Part shown: in pieces, positions 47,227 to 57,395 of the stretch
Numbering within the stretch: the stretch's first letter is position 1
Layout: each line of letters starts with the position of its first letter
Source of the DNA: Smithellaceae bacterium
GTDB lineage: Bacteria > Desulfobacterota > Syntrophia > Syntrophales > Smithellaceae
NCBI GenBank assembly: GCA_963667845.2
Contig: CAXXVL010000002.1
Coordinates: 2,208,001 to 2,272,000 of the forward strand
Reading direction: 5' to 3'
DNA length: 64,000 nucleotides
Made by a program: the position numbers and the translations under genes
Notes under the pieces: generated by a model
The model's database searches: none
The model's input: the letters and a program-made list of their open reading frames with translations, nothing else
Told to the model about the DNA's origin: nothing

Positions 47227-47439
47227 TCAATCGTCAGTTACTCCCATAACGAAGGCTTTCAGTTCTCCTTCCATGTGGATGCATATGGGGCGAGTAATGT
47301 GAGTAAAATAGGCGGTTGAGCTAGAGTACATTGCCGTGATCAAACCCCAATATCGCTTGTCGACATCGATGATTCCGCTAATATACGTATTACGTAAAAT
47401 CTGGCTTTTTGTGCAAAATCGATTTTGGAGATGATTTTT
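47227..47439 (-). pseudogene. possible 3' remnant of an upstream cassette ORF
   Basis: Open frame ...ILRNTYISGIIDVDKRYWG...KAFVMGVTDD* stops 10 bp before the attC; no convincing start. Confidence 0.35.
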
Positions 47440-47700
47440 CTTCTACATAAAGACTCTTTGAAAATCAAATGAATATTAATTGTCGTGCCGCGTAAAAGGT
47501 CCTTATTCTCAGCAAATACATGGCACGTTTTTTATGGGTTTTTCGGGCAAAGCGGGTCGGATCGCAGAATCTTAGCGGCAGATGGGAAGTGTGATAATAT
47601 CCCGGTGTATATCCTTCCGGCAACATGATATAAAGAAGTGTCTATTATTTTATTAAGACACAATTAATCGGCCGGATTAAATCAGGAGAGACAATTCAAA

Positions 47701-49845
47701 ATGAAATCAGAACTCAATACCCCGTCCCCGTCCAACATCGATTATTTCTTTCATCCAAAGTCCATCGCCATTATCGGCGCGTCGGCGAATCTGACCAAGT
47801 TAAGCGGGCGGCCGATTGCCGCATTGCTTCAGAAGAAGTTTGCGGGTGCGATCTACCCCGTCAACCCGCGCTATGAGGAAGTCGCGGGGCTAGTCTGCTA
47901 TCCGTCAGTCGGGGCTATTCCCGGACCGGTCGATCTGGCCATTATCTCCGTGCCGATCGAGGGCACGCTGGCAGCTCTGAAGGAGTGCGCTGCGCAAGGC
48001 GTAAAAGCGGCCGTCGTATTTACCTCGGGTTTTGCCGAAACCGGCGCCGAAGGGCGCGCGCTGCAGGCCGAGATTGCTGAACTCGCCCAGGCAAGCGGCA
48101 TGCGCATCCTGGGGCCGAACTGCCTGGGATTGATTTACTATCCGAACGCGGTGATGGCGTCTTTCTCGGACATCATGTTTGTCGAGGGCGACTACCACGG
48201 CTCGCTGGGATTCATCACGCAAAGCGGCGCTTACGGCGAAAAGACATTCATGCTGACCGCGCCCGAGGGCGTCGGCTTCAGCGCATTCATCAGCGTGGGG
48301 AATGAGGCCGATCTGGAATTTTCGGATTTCATCGCTCACCTGCTTCGCGACGAGAGCACGCGCCTGTTTGGCGTCTACCTGGAAGGCGCCAAGGATGGCC
48401 AGAAGTTCCGCCGCGCGGCCGAAGCCGCACTGGCGGCGGGCAAACCCGTGCTGATCAAAAAGGTCGGCAGAACCCGGGCCGGGAAGAGGGCGGCCGCGTC
48501 CCATACGGGGTCGCTGGCCGGCAATGACCGGATATACGATGCCTTCTTCCGCCAGACGGGTATCATCCGCATCGATGAGCTTCGGGACCTGACGTATTTC
48601 GCCCTGGTCCATCAGAGCGGCCGAATGCCGCAGGGGAGGAACGCCGCGATCCTGACGGATTCCGGGGGGCCGGGTGTGGAGATGGCCGACCGCTGCGAGG
48701 AGTATGGCCTCAACGTTCCGGAACTGGGCAAAGCGACGCAGGCGAAGATCCAGGCGGCCATCCCGCATTACGGCTCGGCCCGCAATCCGGTGGACATGAC
48801 GGCCGCCATCATGACGGATCAGGAACTCTATGGGAAATGCCTCCGGGCGATCTTTGAAGACGACGCGATCGATATTGTCTTTGCGCCCGGTGTGTTCATG
48901 AGCTACGTCTCGCCGCAGTTACTGGAAGAGACCCTGGAAATTTACCACGCATCCGCGAAGCCGATGATTCTGTGCCCCGTGTGGACGGACTCGTCGCCGC
49001 AGTCGCAGGCGATGGTTGCCCGTGTGCGAAAAGAGGGGATTCCGATGATTCCGGAGGCCTCGGATGCCGCCCGTGCCATGGCGGCTATGGTCAGGTATGC
49101 CGCGAAGCGCAAGGTCTTTCTGGGCCGGGCGGGAAAGAAACCGAAAATGCCGGCAAAGGCGATGGCATCGGCCAAGACGATCCTCGGGAAACACGGCGCG
49201 TTGACCGAGTATGACAGCAAACAGGTTCTTGCCGCCTATGGCATTCCGGTAACGAAAGAGGCGCCGGCAGCAACAGCCAGGGAAGCCGTTGCCGAGGCCC
49301 GCCGGATCGGTTATCCCGTGGCTCTCAAGGTGCTGTCGCCCGATATTCCCCATAAAACGGAAGTGGGCGGGATCAGGCTTAATCTGCAAACCGACAAGGC
49401 TGTGCGCGACGCCTACGCGGAAATCATGAAAAGCGCCAAGAGATGTGCGCCGCACGCGGTTATCGGGGGTGTTCTCGTCCAGGAGATGCTCGGCGAGGGT
49501 GTCGAGGTGATCATCGGCGTAACGCACGATCCCGTCTTCGGACCTTCCGTGATGTTCGGCCTGGGCGGCGTCTTTGTGGAAGTCCTTGAGGACGTTTCCT
49601 TCCGTGTGGCACCGCTTACGGCGAATGATGCCGAAGAAATGATCGGTGAAGTGAAGGGTGCCCGTCTGCTCGCCGGTGTCCGGGGGAAGCCCGCCGCAGA
49701 CAAGAAAGCCCTGATCGACGTGATTCTGAGAGTCTCAAAACTGGCTGTGGATTTTGCAGACAGGATTGAAGAGCTGGACATCAATCCGCTGATCGTTTTT
49801 CCCCAGGGTGCCCGGGTCGCGGATGCCCTGATCGTCAAGAAGTGA
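47701..49845 (+). CDS. ADP-forming acyl-CoA synthetase (acetate-CoA ligase family, fused subunits)
   Basis: PKSIAIIGAS, GPNCLG, SVGNEAD, AASHTGSLAG, HKTEVGG ATP-grasp, ELDINPL. Confidence 0.92.
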   Translation: MKSELNTPSPSNIDYFFHPKSIAIIGASANLTKLSGRPIAALLQKKFAGAIYPVNPRYEEVAGLVCYPSVGAIPGPVDLAIISVPIEGTLAALKECAAQGVKAAVVFTSGFAETGAEGRALQAEIAELAQASGMRILGPNCLGLIYYPNAVMASFSDIMFVEGDYHGSLGFITQSGAYGEKTFMLTAPEGVGFSAFISVGNEADLEFSDFIAHLLRDESTRLFGVYLEGAKDGQKFRRAAEAALAAGKPVLIKKVGRTRAGKRAAASHTGSLAGNDRIYDAFFRQTGIIRIDELRDLTYFALVHQSGRMPQGRNAAILTDSGGPGVEMADRCEEYGLNVPELGKATQAKIQAAIPHYGSARNPVDMTAAIMTDQELYGKCLRAIFEDDAIDIVFAPGVFMSYVSPQLLEETLEIYHASAKPMILCPVWTDSSPQSQAMVARVRKEGIPMIPEASDAARAMAAMVRYAAKRKVFLGRAGKKPKMPAKAMASAKTILGKHGALTEYDSKQVLAAYGIPVTKEAPAATAREAVAEARRIGYPVALKVLSPDIPHKTEVGGIRLNLQTDKAVRDAYAEIMKSAKRCAPHAVIGGVLVQEMLGEGVEVIIGVTHDPVFGPSVMFGLGGVFVEVLEDVSFRVAPLTANDAEEMIGEVKGARLLAGVRGKPAADKKALIDVILRVSKLAVDFADRIEELDINPLIVFPQGARVADALIVKK

Positions 49846-50013
49846 TGCGGGCAGAGCGTCGTCATTTCCAGCCAAGATTTTCTTGACATCGCAGACCGCG
49901 TTTCTTATGCTTCAGCCACAAGAAGGCAATTCTTGTCCCATGTGTTACTCGTGAAGTAAATTTCCGCGTAATATCGGAGCAAAAGCATAAATGAAAAACT
50001 GAAGGAATGAAAA

Positions 50014-51651
50014 ATGCCCATCACAGAAATTCTTGCGCGCAACGCCGCTCTTTACGGCGATGAAGTAAGCCTCATTGAAATCAACCCCGATATCAAAGAA
50101 AAGACAGCCAGCTGGAAAGATTACGAACTGGTCGAAACCAATCCCGAGAAGAGATATCGGCGGGAAATGACCTGGCGTGAATTTGACGACAAAGCCAACC
50201 GTCTGGCCAACTTCCTGCTCGGACGAGGTCTTGAAAAAGGCCGCAAGGTCGGGATCCTGCTCATGAACTGCCTGGAGTGGCTGCCGATCTATTTCGGTAT
50301 CCTGAAAACCGGCGCCCTTGCGGTACCGCTGAACTACCGTTATACGGAAGAGGAAATCAAATACTGCCTCGATCTGGCCGAATGCGACGTTCTGATCTTC
50401 GGGCCCGAATTCGTAGGCAGAGTCGCGGCGATCACGGAGAAAATCCCGAACATAAAAATGCGGCTGTTCTTAGGGCAGGACTGCCCCGCTTTTGCCGAAA
50501 GTTACTACGCGCTCACCGCCTGCTGTTCGTCCGCGGCTCCGAAAATAACGCTTTCCGACGATGACGACGCGGCCATCTATTTTTCATCCGGCACCACCGG
50601 ATTTCCCAAGGCAATCCTTCATGCGCATCGCGCCCTGACTTTAGCATGCGAAGTCGAAATGAACCACCACCGACAGACGCGCGAGGACAACTTCCTTTGC
50701 ATCCCGCCGCTGTACCACACCGGTGCCAAAATGCACTGGTTCGGCAGCTTTCTTGCCGGCAGCCGTGCCGTTCTGCTGCGCGGCGTCAAGCCGGAATGGA
50801 TCGTGAGAGCGGTATCCGAGGAACAGGTCACGATCGTCTGGCTTTTGGTTCCGTGGGCGCAGGATATTCTGGATGCCATCGACCGTGGCGATATCAAACT
50901 TGAAAACTATCAACTCGATCAGTGGCGGCTGATGCACATCGGCGCTCAGCCGGTTCCGCCGAGCCTGATCAAGCGCTGGATAAAGATTTTTCCCGGGCAC
51001 GAATATGACACCAACTACGGCCTGTCGGAATCAATCGGGCCGGGCTGCGTCCACCTCGGCATCGAAAATATTCATAAAGTCGGCGCGATCGGCAAGGCCG
51101 GCTACCTCTGGGAAGTGCAGATCGTCGATGAAAAAAACGGTCGGAAGGTTAAGCAGGGCGAGGTGGGCGAGCTCTGTGTCAAAGGCGCGGGCGTGATGAA
51201 ATGCTATTACAACAATCCGGAAGCCACCGCCGAAATACTGAAGGACGGCTGGCTGTATACAGGCGATATGGCGCGCATGGATGAAGACGGCTTTATTTAT
51301 CTGGTGGACCGCAAAAAGGACGTCATTATCACGGGCGGCGAGAACATCTATCCGGTGCAGATCGAAGATTTTCTGCGCACGCACGAAGCGATCAAGGATG
51401 TGGCGGTGATCGGCCTTCCCGACCATCGTCTGGGCGAAATCACGGCGGCGATCATTGAGCTCAGGCCGGGCTTTGCCGCGACCGAGACCGAGATCGCGCA
51501 GTTTTGCGCTGCGTTGCCGCGTTACAAACGTCCGCACAAGATCATTTTCGATACGGTGCCGCGCAATCCCACCGGCAAAATTGAAAAGCCGAAGCTCCGT
51601 GAAAAATATTGCGGCGGCATCAGCCTGGTGGAAATGGAAACGGAGAGTTAG
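50014..51651 (+). CDS. AMP-forming acyl-CoA synthetase
   Basis: FSSGTTGFPK, YGLSE, GWLYTGD, DRKKDVIITGGENIYP, RNPTGKI. Confidence 0.92.
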   Translation: MPITEILARNAALYGDEVSLIEINPDIKEKTASWKDYELVETNPEKRYRREMTWREFDDKANRLANFLLGRGLEKGRKVGILLMNCLEWLPIYFGILKTGALAVPLNYRYTEEEIKYCLDLAECDVLIFGPEFVGRVAAITEKIPNIKMRLFLGQDCPAFAESYYALTACCSSAAPKITLSDDDDAAIYFSSGTTGFPKAILHAHRALTLACEVEMNHHRQTREDNFLCIPPLYHTGAKMHWFGSFLAGSRAVLLRGVKPEWIVRAVSEEQVTIVWLLVPWAQDILDAIDRGDIKLENYQLDQWRLMHIGAQPVPPSLIKRWIKIFPGHEYDTNYGLSESIGPGCVHLGIENIHKVGAIGKAGYLWEVQIVDEKNGRKVKQGEVGELCVKGAGVMKCYYNNPEATAEILKDGWLYTGDMARMDEDGFIYLVDRKKDVIITGGENIYPVQIEDFLRTHEAIKDVAVIGLPDHRLGEITAAIIELRPGFAATETEIAQFCAALPRYKRPHKIIFDTVPRNPTGKIEKPKLREKYCGGISLVEMETES

Positions 51652-51691
51652 CCGACCACTATAATATCTCATTCTGATCCGAAGATATCTC

Positions 51692-51785
51692 ATCCGCTGC
51701 GGGACGAGCGTTAATTTCCTGTCGCTTGCTGCGAAATAGTGACGTTTACTTCATACCTCGACGGCTTGCTGCGCGGCGGTTGATT
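51692..51785 (+). repeat. dispersed palindromic repeat, copy 6
   Basis: GCGGGACGAGCGTTAATTTCCTGTCGCTTGCTGCG...CCTCGACGGCTTGCTGCG.GGCGGTTGATT. Confidence 0.88.
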
Positions 51786-51963
51786 ATTCCTGAGCTTCGA
51801 CGTCCGAACCTTCTTTTTGTCCTGATGTCCCGGTACAGATTTGACTTGATAAAATAACGGCAGGATTGTACAAAAGATGCGAACAGGTAATTGTCCGAAG
51901 TATGCTGGGAATTACGGGTAAGACGTGCTTTTGGCGGGGATATCATAAACTGAGGAGAAAAAT

Positions 51964-52419
51964 ATGATTGCTTATCAACTCTCTGTGTTTGCGGAAGATA
52001 AACCGGGTCAGCTGGCCAGTGTGACAAGCGTTCTGTCCAAGGCCGAAATCAGTATCCGGGCGACAACCATATCGACTCACGGGACGTCCGGGGTGATCAA
52101 CCTGATCGTTGATGATCCGAAATCTGCGGAAAAGGCGCTGACCAAAGCCGGGATGACCGTGCACCTGAAGAATGTTCTGGCCGTTTTAATTCCCGACAAA
52201 CCCGGCGGATTGGACAAGCTGATGCAGCTTCTGTATCGGGAAGGCATCAATATCAACAACGCCTGCGGTTTTGTTTTGGAGTGCGCTGAAAGAGCCGTTT
52301 TTGTCGTTGATGTGGATCAGATCGAAAAAACGGAAAAGCTGATCGAGAAGAATGGATTTAAAACGCTGGATACGGAGGCGTTGTCGGCGATTGAGCCGTT
52401 CCACTATATGAAATACTGA
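51964..52419 (+). CDS. tandem ACT-domain protein
   Basis: QLSVFAEDKPGQL and IPDKPGGL repeats. Confidence 0.88.
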   Translation: MIAYQLSVFAEDKPGQLASVTSVLSKAEISIRATTISTHGTSGVINLIVDDPKSAEKALTKAGMTVHLKNVLAVLIPDKPGGLDKLMQLLYREGININNACGFVLECAERAVFVVDVDQIEKTEKLIEKNGFKTLDTEALSAIEPFHYMKY

Positions 52420-52542
52420 CGGCACCCGAAAATGTCCAGATGCTGCGTTGCGCTTCATTTCGCGGCGCTGCGGCCTACGCAAAGTAGGCCTCACTTCGCG
52501 AAAATCGCCCGCCTTGCCTCCGACGCATTTGACGACATCATC
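52418..52542. repeat. single ~125-bp nested-palindrome intergenic element (REP/MITE-like, degenerate)
   Basis: Central GGCCTAC-GCAAA-GTAGGCC hairpin inside TTTCGCG...CGCGAAA arms; only one copy here. Confidence 0.45.
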
Positions 52543-52567
52543 TTATCGTTTTAAGGGAGACAAAATC

Positions 52568-53002
52568 ATGACCCATATGGACAAAGGGAAATTTTTCAAG
52601 AAGCATCCGGAAGGGACAAAGATCGGCGATTCCCTGAAACAGGAGATTCTTAAACAGGCGAAAGACAATAACATCTCCTGCAAAGCGGCGGAAAAGATTT
52701 CTCTTGGCTTAAACACGCCCATGGACGAAATCGGCGTGGCGATCGACATGCTGAATATCAACATTGCGCAGTGTCAGCTCGGACTTTTCGGATACGAAGG
52801 CAAGTCGAAGCTCGTCGTCGCCGCGGCGTCCGTCTCACCCGAACTGGCATCCGGCATTAAAGCGGCGCTGGTCAAAAACCGGCTGCCCTGCACCGCGGCC
52901 TGGGAAATTGCGGACAGGTTTGGTATGAAGCGGCTGGATGTGTGCGCCGCCTGCGAAAAACTGAAGATCAGGATCAAACCCTGTCAACTCGGCGCTTTCT
53001 GA
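52568..53002 (+). CDS. conserved hypothetical protein with duplicated Cys motif (CQLGxF)
   Basis: Two repeats ending CQLGLF / CQLGAF; GGGAG RBS. Confidence 0.78.
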   Translation: MTHMDKGKFFKKHPEGTKIGDSLKQEILKQAKDNNISCKAAEKISLGLNTPMDEIGVAIDMLNINIAQCQLGLFGYEGKSKLVVAAASVSPELASGIKAALVKNRLPCTAAWEIADRFGMKRLDVCAACEKLKIRIKPCQLGAF

Positions 53003-53081
53003 TGTGAATCGTGCGGGAACCCCGGTTCCAGCATGCCCGTGACCGCGAGAATGCTGAAGGTCATGGCGTCCTTTTTGATGC

Positions 53082-54980
53082 ATGAAAGAAGCGGTGAGCG
53101 ATATGATACTCAACTGGCCACCCATCTATAAAGAAAAACTGACGGACGCGAGAACCGCTTTGTCGCGGATTCGCCGTGGGGCGCGTATATTCATCGCCTC
53201 CGCCTGCGGGGAGCCGCAACTGCTGGTCAAAACGCTTCTGGATATGGCGCCGAGTTTTTCCGATGTGGAGGTCATCCATTTCCTTGATCTGGGGCTCACC
53301 GACTATACATCGGATATTTACACCGAGCATTTCCGGCATAACGCGCTCTTTATCGGCGCCAACGCCCGGGCGGCAATCAAGGCGGGCCATGCCGATTACA
53401 CCCCGATTTTTCTGTCCGAAGTGCCGCTGCTCATGGAGCGGGGTTCCATGCCCATCGATGTGGCCCTGATCACCGTGTCGCCGCCGGATATGAACGGTTA
53501 CGTCAGTCTGGGGATCTCGGTGGACATCACCAAGACGGCGGCGGAAGTGGCGCGTTATGTCGTGGCCGAAGTGAACACGAATATGCCCCGGACGCTGGGC
53601 GACAGTTTCCTGCACATCAGTCAGATTGGTGCTTTTGTGGAAAACAACACGCCGCTCCTCGAGTTTCAGCAAAAAGCTCCGGATGATATCGCGCAGGCCA
53701 TCGGCCGGCTCATCGCCGATCTGATTGACAATGAATCCACGATCCAGACCGGCGTGGGCAAGATTCCCAATTCGGTATTTCCTTACCTCACCAACAAAAA
53801 AGATCTGGGCGTCCACACGGAAACGTTTACCGATGGTCTGATCGATTTGGTGGAAAACGGCGTGGTGACCTGCCGAAAAAAAACACTGCATCCGGGAAAA
53901 ATTGTCGCGTCCTTTTGCATGGGCACAAGGCGCGTGTATGAATTTGTCGACAACAATCCTCTGTTTGAATTCCGTCCGAGCAAATACGTCAACGATCCCT
54001 ATGTGATCGCTCAAAATGACCGGATGGTGTCCATCAATTCCGCGCTGACCGTCGATCTGACCGGACAGGTTTGTTCGGATTCCCTCGGATTTGAGTTTTA
54101 CAGCGGCATTGGTGGACAGGTCGATTTCGTGCGGGGTTCGGCCATGTCCCGGCGCGGCAAGTCCATCATGGTCCTGCCCTCGACAACGGAGGATGGAACC
54201 ATTTCCCGGATCGTACCCTATCCCTCCGCGGGCAGCGGTGTGGTGGTCACCCGGGGCGACATTCACTACGTCGTGACGGAATACGGCATTGCCTACGTGC
54301 ACGGGAAATCTATCCGGGACCGGGCCATGATGCTCATCAGCATTGCCCATCCGAAATTTCGCGACGAGCTTCTGGAGGCCGCCAAACGCCAGGGTTACAT
54401 TTACCGCGATCAGACGCTACCGGCGGTTTTGTATCCAAAGGAATACGAAATCAACTTGACGGACAAGAAGTGTACATCTATATTTTTCCGCCCGGTGAAA
54501 GCAACGGATGAACGCGCCATTCAGGATCTGATTTACGGCCTGCCGGAACAGGATGTCTATACGCGGTTTTTTCAAAACCTGAAATCTTTCTCCCATAAAG
54601 TCGCCATGCCGCTGGCGGCCATTGATTACAACGATAGAATGGCCATTGCCGCGGTTATCGGCAAAGCGGAGCCCGAAAGCCGTGAAGAGATTGTTGCGAT
54701 CGGTCGTTATATCAATAATCCGAATACGCGTTATGCCGAAGTCGCTTTCACGACCCATCAGGACTGGCAGGACCGGGGCATCGGAACGTTTCTGCTCCGC
54801 TACTTGATCCGCATTGCGAAAGAGAAAAACATCGCCGGATTCACGGCGGATGTGCTTTCCCGCAATAAGCCGATGATGCAGGTGTTTGCCAAGTCCGGCT
54901 ATCCGATGACGACGCATCTGGATTCCGGTGTCTACGAACTGAAAATTAATTTCAGCGGTGACCAACAAGCTAAAGAATGA
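53082..54980 (+). CDS. acetyl-CoA hydrolase/transferase fused to C-terminal GNAT domain
   Basis: IQTGVGKIP, LGVHTE, VDLTGQV, SGIGGQVDFVRG, VVTEYG; WQDRGIGT GNAT motif A. Start may be 53103. Confidence 0.9.
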   Translation: MKEAVSDMILNWPPIYKEKLTDARTALSRIRRGARIFIASACGEPQLLVKTLLDMAPSFSDVEVIHFLDLGLTDYTSDIYTEHFRHNALFIGANARAAIKAGHADYTPIFLSEVPLLMERGSMPIDVALITVSPPDMNGYVSLGISVDITKTAAEVARYVVAEVNTNMPRTLGDSFLHISQIGAFVENNTPLLEFQQKAPDDIAQAIGRLIADLIDNESTIQTGVGKIPNSVFPYLTNKKDLGVHTETFTDGLIDLVENGVVTCRKKTLHPGKIVASFCMGTRRVYEFVDNNPLFEFRPSKYVNDPYVIAQNDRMVSINSALTVDLTGQVCSDSLGFEFYSGIGGQVDFVRGSAMSRRGKSIMVLPSTTEDGTISRIVPYPSAGSGVVVTRGDIHYVVTEYGIAYVHGKSIRDRAMMLISIAHPKFRDELLEAAKRQGYIYRDQTLPAVLYPKEYEINLTDKKCTSIFFRPVKATDERAIQDLIYGLPEQDVYTRFFQNLKSFSHKVAMPLAAIDYNDRMAIAAVIGKAEPESREEIVAIGRYINNPNTRYAEVAFTTHQDWQDRGIGTFLLRYLIRIAKEKNIAGFTADVLSRNKPMMQVFAKSGYPMTTHLDSGVYELKINFSGDQQAKE

Positions 54981-55015
54981 TCCTCCAACCATAGAAAGAC
55001 CAAGGCGCAATCAAC

Positions 55016-55969
55016 ATGGAAACCAGACGAAGTTTTATTAAGAAAAGCGCCATCCTCTGTGCGGCCGCCGGCGTGCCGCTTACGTTTTCGGCCCCGGTGC
55101 AGGCCGCGCCAAGAGAATTAAAGACCCGCAATCCGAAGCGCGCGCTGGTCTTATGTTACAGCCAGTCGGGATTCACCAGCCGGTACGGCAAACTGATCGC
55201 CTGCAGCCTGAAAGACAAGGGCGTTCATACTGAGCTGGCCGATATGCGGACCTTTGACAGACAACGGCTGACGGATTACGATTTCATTTTGATCGGCTCG
55301 CCGGTGTTTTATTACGATATCCCATCCAATGTAAGCGACTGGCTCGCGGCGGCGCCGGCAATTACGGGAATACCGGTTGCGGCGTTTGTTTCTTTCGGCG
55401 GGCCGGAAGGCAATCAGCATAATGCCCTGTGCCACATCCTGCATCTGCTGGCTGAAAAAGGCGGCGTTCCCGTGGGCCTTGACGCCTTTCGCAGCATTGC
55501 GGCCTATCCGACGCCTGGCTGGGACAGCGCCAATCAGCGTGCGGGTGAGCATTTGCCCAATGAAGATACCTACAATCAGGTGCGCGACTTTACCCGCCAG
55601 ATTTTGGAACGCGTCCAACAGGGCCGGCCCATTGCCTATGCGTCCACGGTCGAGCTTCGGGAAATGGCGCGGATGCTGCCTCTGGTCTGGCTCAACAAAA
55701 AAGGGATCAGCAAGCATACGGTCGATGCCGCCAAATGCATTTTGTGCCGGACCTGCATGAAAATGTGCCCGGCGGCAGCCATTCACCCGGAGAAACAGTT
55801 TGTGGACCGTGAGAGATGCCTGGCCTGCTTCGGATGCCTCAACAACTGCCCGGCCCAGGCCGTTGTCATGGAGTACCGCGGTAAACGCCTGTATGGCTTC
55901 CCGGAATACCTCAAGCGCAGAAAGATCACCATTTTGGAGCCTTCGGAATTTCAGCATTGCAGCCTTTGA
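55016..55969 (+). CDS. flavodoxin-ferredoxin fusion (EFR1-like) with Tat signal
   Basis: TRRSFIK twin-arginine; YSQSGFT flavodoxin loop; CILCRTCMKMCP and CLACFGCLNNCP. Confidence 0.82.
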   Translation: METRRSFIKKSAILCAAAGVPLTFSAPVQAAPRELKTRNPKRALVLCYSQSGFTSRYGKLIACSLKDKGVHTELADMRTFDRQRLTDYDFILIGSPVFYYDIPSNVSDWLAAAPAITGIPVAAFVSFGGPEGNQHNALCHILHLLAEKGGVPVGLDAFRSIAAYPTPGWDSANQRAGEHLPNEDTYNQVRDFTRQILERVQQGRPIAYASTVELREMARMLPLVWLNKKGISKHTVDAAKCILCRTCMKMCPAAAIHPEKQFVDRERCLACFGCLNNCPAQAVVMEYRGKRLYGFPEYLKRRKITILEPSEFQHCSL

Positions 55970-56073
55970 TGATACATCTTGACGGATGCCGAAAGAATCC
56001 ATTAGTATGAAGTCGGCTGTCGTCAACCCGTAGACTGCAAACGGCCGCAATCCATCGTCGGGGATCAAATATT

Positions 56074-57378
56074 TTGGAAATTCTTGTTATTGCCCTGTTG
56101 CTCATATTCAATGGCATTTTTGCCATGTATGAGATTGCTCTGGTCTCTGCGCGACGCTCCAGTCTGGAGGATGAAGCGAAATCCGGACGAATGGGGGCCG
56201 GGACGGCGCTCGAGCTTCTCAGGGAGCCGGAGAAAGTCCTTTCGGCCATCCAGGTGGGCATCACGCTCATCGGCATCGTATCCGGTGCTTACGGCGGTCT
56301 GACCCTTGCGGGTGATGTCGCCCCCCTCTTTAAGAACGTTGCATTTCTTGCTCCTTATGCCCACGCGCTTTCCATCATCATCGTCGTGGGCGTCATCACC
56401 TACCTGTCGCTCATTATCGGCGAGCTTGTGCCGAAAACGATTGCGCTCAACAACGCGGAAGCGATTGCGATTGTCCTGTCGCCGGCCATGAAACTCTTCA
56501 GCTCCTTCACGTATCCGATTGTATGGATTCTAAGCGTTTCGACAAAGCTCATTCTGCAATTCTTCGGGATTGAAAATCGCCGGGAGACGCCGGTGACGGA
56601 AGAAGAGCTGCGGATGGTTATCCAAAAGGGTTCCGAGCACGGCGTCATTGAAAAAGAAGAATCCGACATGATGAATGAAGTTATCCGTTTCGGCGACAAA
56701 CGGGCGAGCTCACTCATGACCCCGCGCGTGGATGTTATCTGGCTGGATATTCATCAGGCCCAGGAGGAAATATTGTCGGAGGCGTTGAAATCGTCCTATC
56801 CCCGGCTGCTGGTATGTGAAGATGAGGTTGATCAAATCAAAGGGGTCGTGAATGTCAAGGACGTGCTGGCCTACTACATCCAGCAGCGGACGGTGCGTCT
56901 GGAAGACATCCTGTTTGAACCGGTCTATATTCCGGAGCAGGCGCCGGCGCTCAAGGTGCTGGAGCTGTTCCGCAAAACAAAAAGGCATTTCGGGGTTGTC
57001 ATCAACGAATACGGGTCCGTGGAAGGAATCATCACGCTGCATGATCTCACGGAAAATATCATGGGCGATTTACCGGCCCTGGGGGACCTTGATCAGCCGG
57101 AGATTTTTCAGCGCGAAGACGGGTCTTACCTGATGGACGGATCAACGAAAGTGGAAGACGTCGAGGATCTGTTCGCCGTTTATTCGCTTTTCGAAGATGA
57201 GGATGAACGGCCGGACATCAACACCCTGGGCGGGCTGGCCATGTACCAGCTCAACCGCATTCCGAAAATCGGCGATACCTTCTCGGCCGGCGGGTATCTG
57301 TTTGAAATTATCGATATGGACGGCAACCGGGTCGACAAATTACTGGTGAAAAAAATCGCATCCGCTGAAAAAGAATAA
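56074..57378 (+). CDS. hemolysin-family CNNM/CBS/CorC transporter-associated protein
   Basis: EIALVSARR, IQVGIT, GELVPK, MTPR, NEYGSVEGIITL.DL.E.I.G, DGNRVDKLL. Confidence 0.9.
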   Translation: MEILVIALLLIFNGIFAMYEIALVSARRSSLEDEAKSGRMGAGTALELLREPEKVLSAIQVGITLIGIVSGAYGGLTLAGDVAPLFKNVAFLAPYAHALSIIIVVGVITYLSLIIGELVPKTIALNNAEAIAIVLSPAMKLFSSFTYPIVWILSVSTKLILQFFGIENRRETPVTEEELRMVIQKGSEHGVIEKEESDMMNEVIRFGDKRASSLMTPRVDVIWLDIHQAQEEILSEALKSSYPRLLVCEDEVDQIKGVVNVKDVLAYYIQQRTVRLEDILFEPVYIPEQAPALKVLELFRKTKRHFGVVINEYGSVEGIITLHDLTENIMGDLPALGDLDQPEIFQREDGSYLMDGSTKVEDVEDLFAVYSLFEDEDERPDINTLGGLAMYQLNRIPKIGDTFSAGGYLFEIIDMDGNRVDKLLVKKIASAEKE

Positions 57379-57395
57379 CGGCCCTTGACGCGACG

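Noticed and set aside
47521..47537. TGGCAC upstream of the acyl-CoA synthetase as a fifth sigma54 promoter
   Set aside because: The -12 position reads TTAT rather than TTGC, and no enhancer is present.
53061..54350. 429-aa minus-strand ORF (and similar shadows 55151-56068, 58658-59671)
   Set aside because: Antisense to well-supported housekeeping genes.
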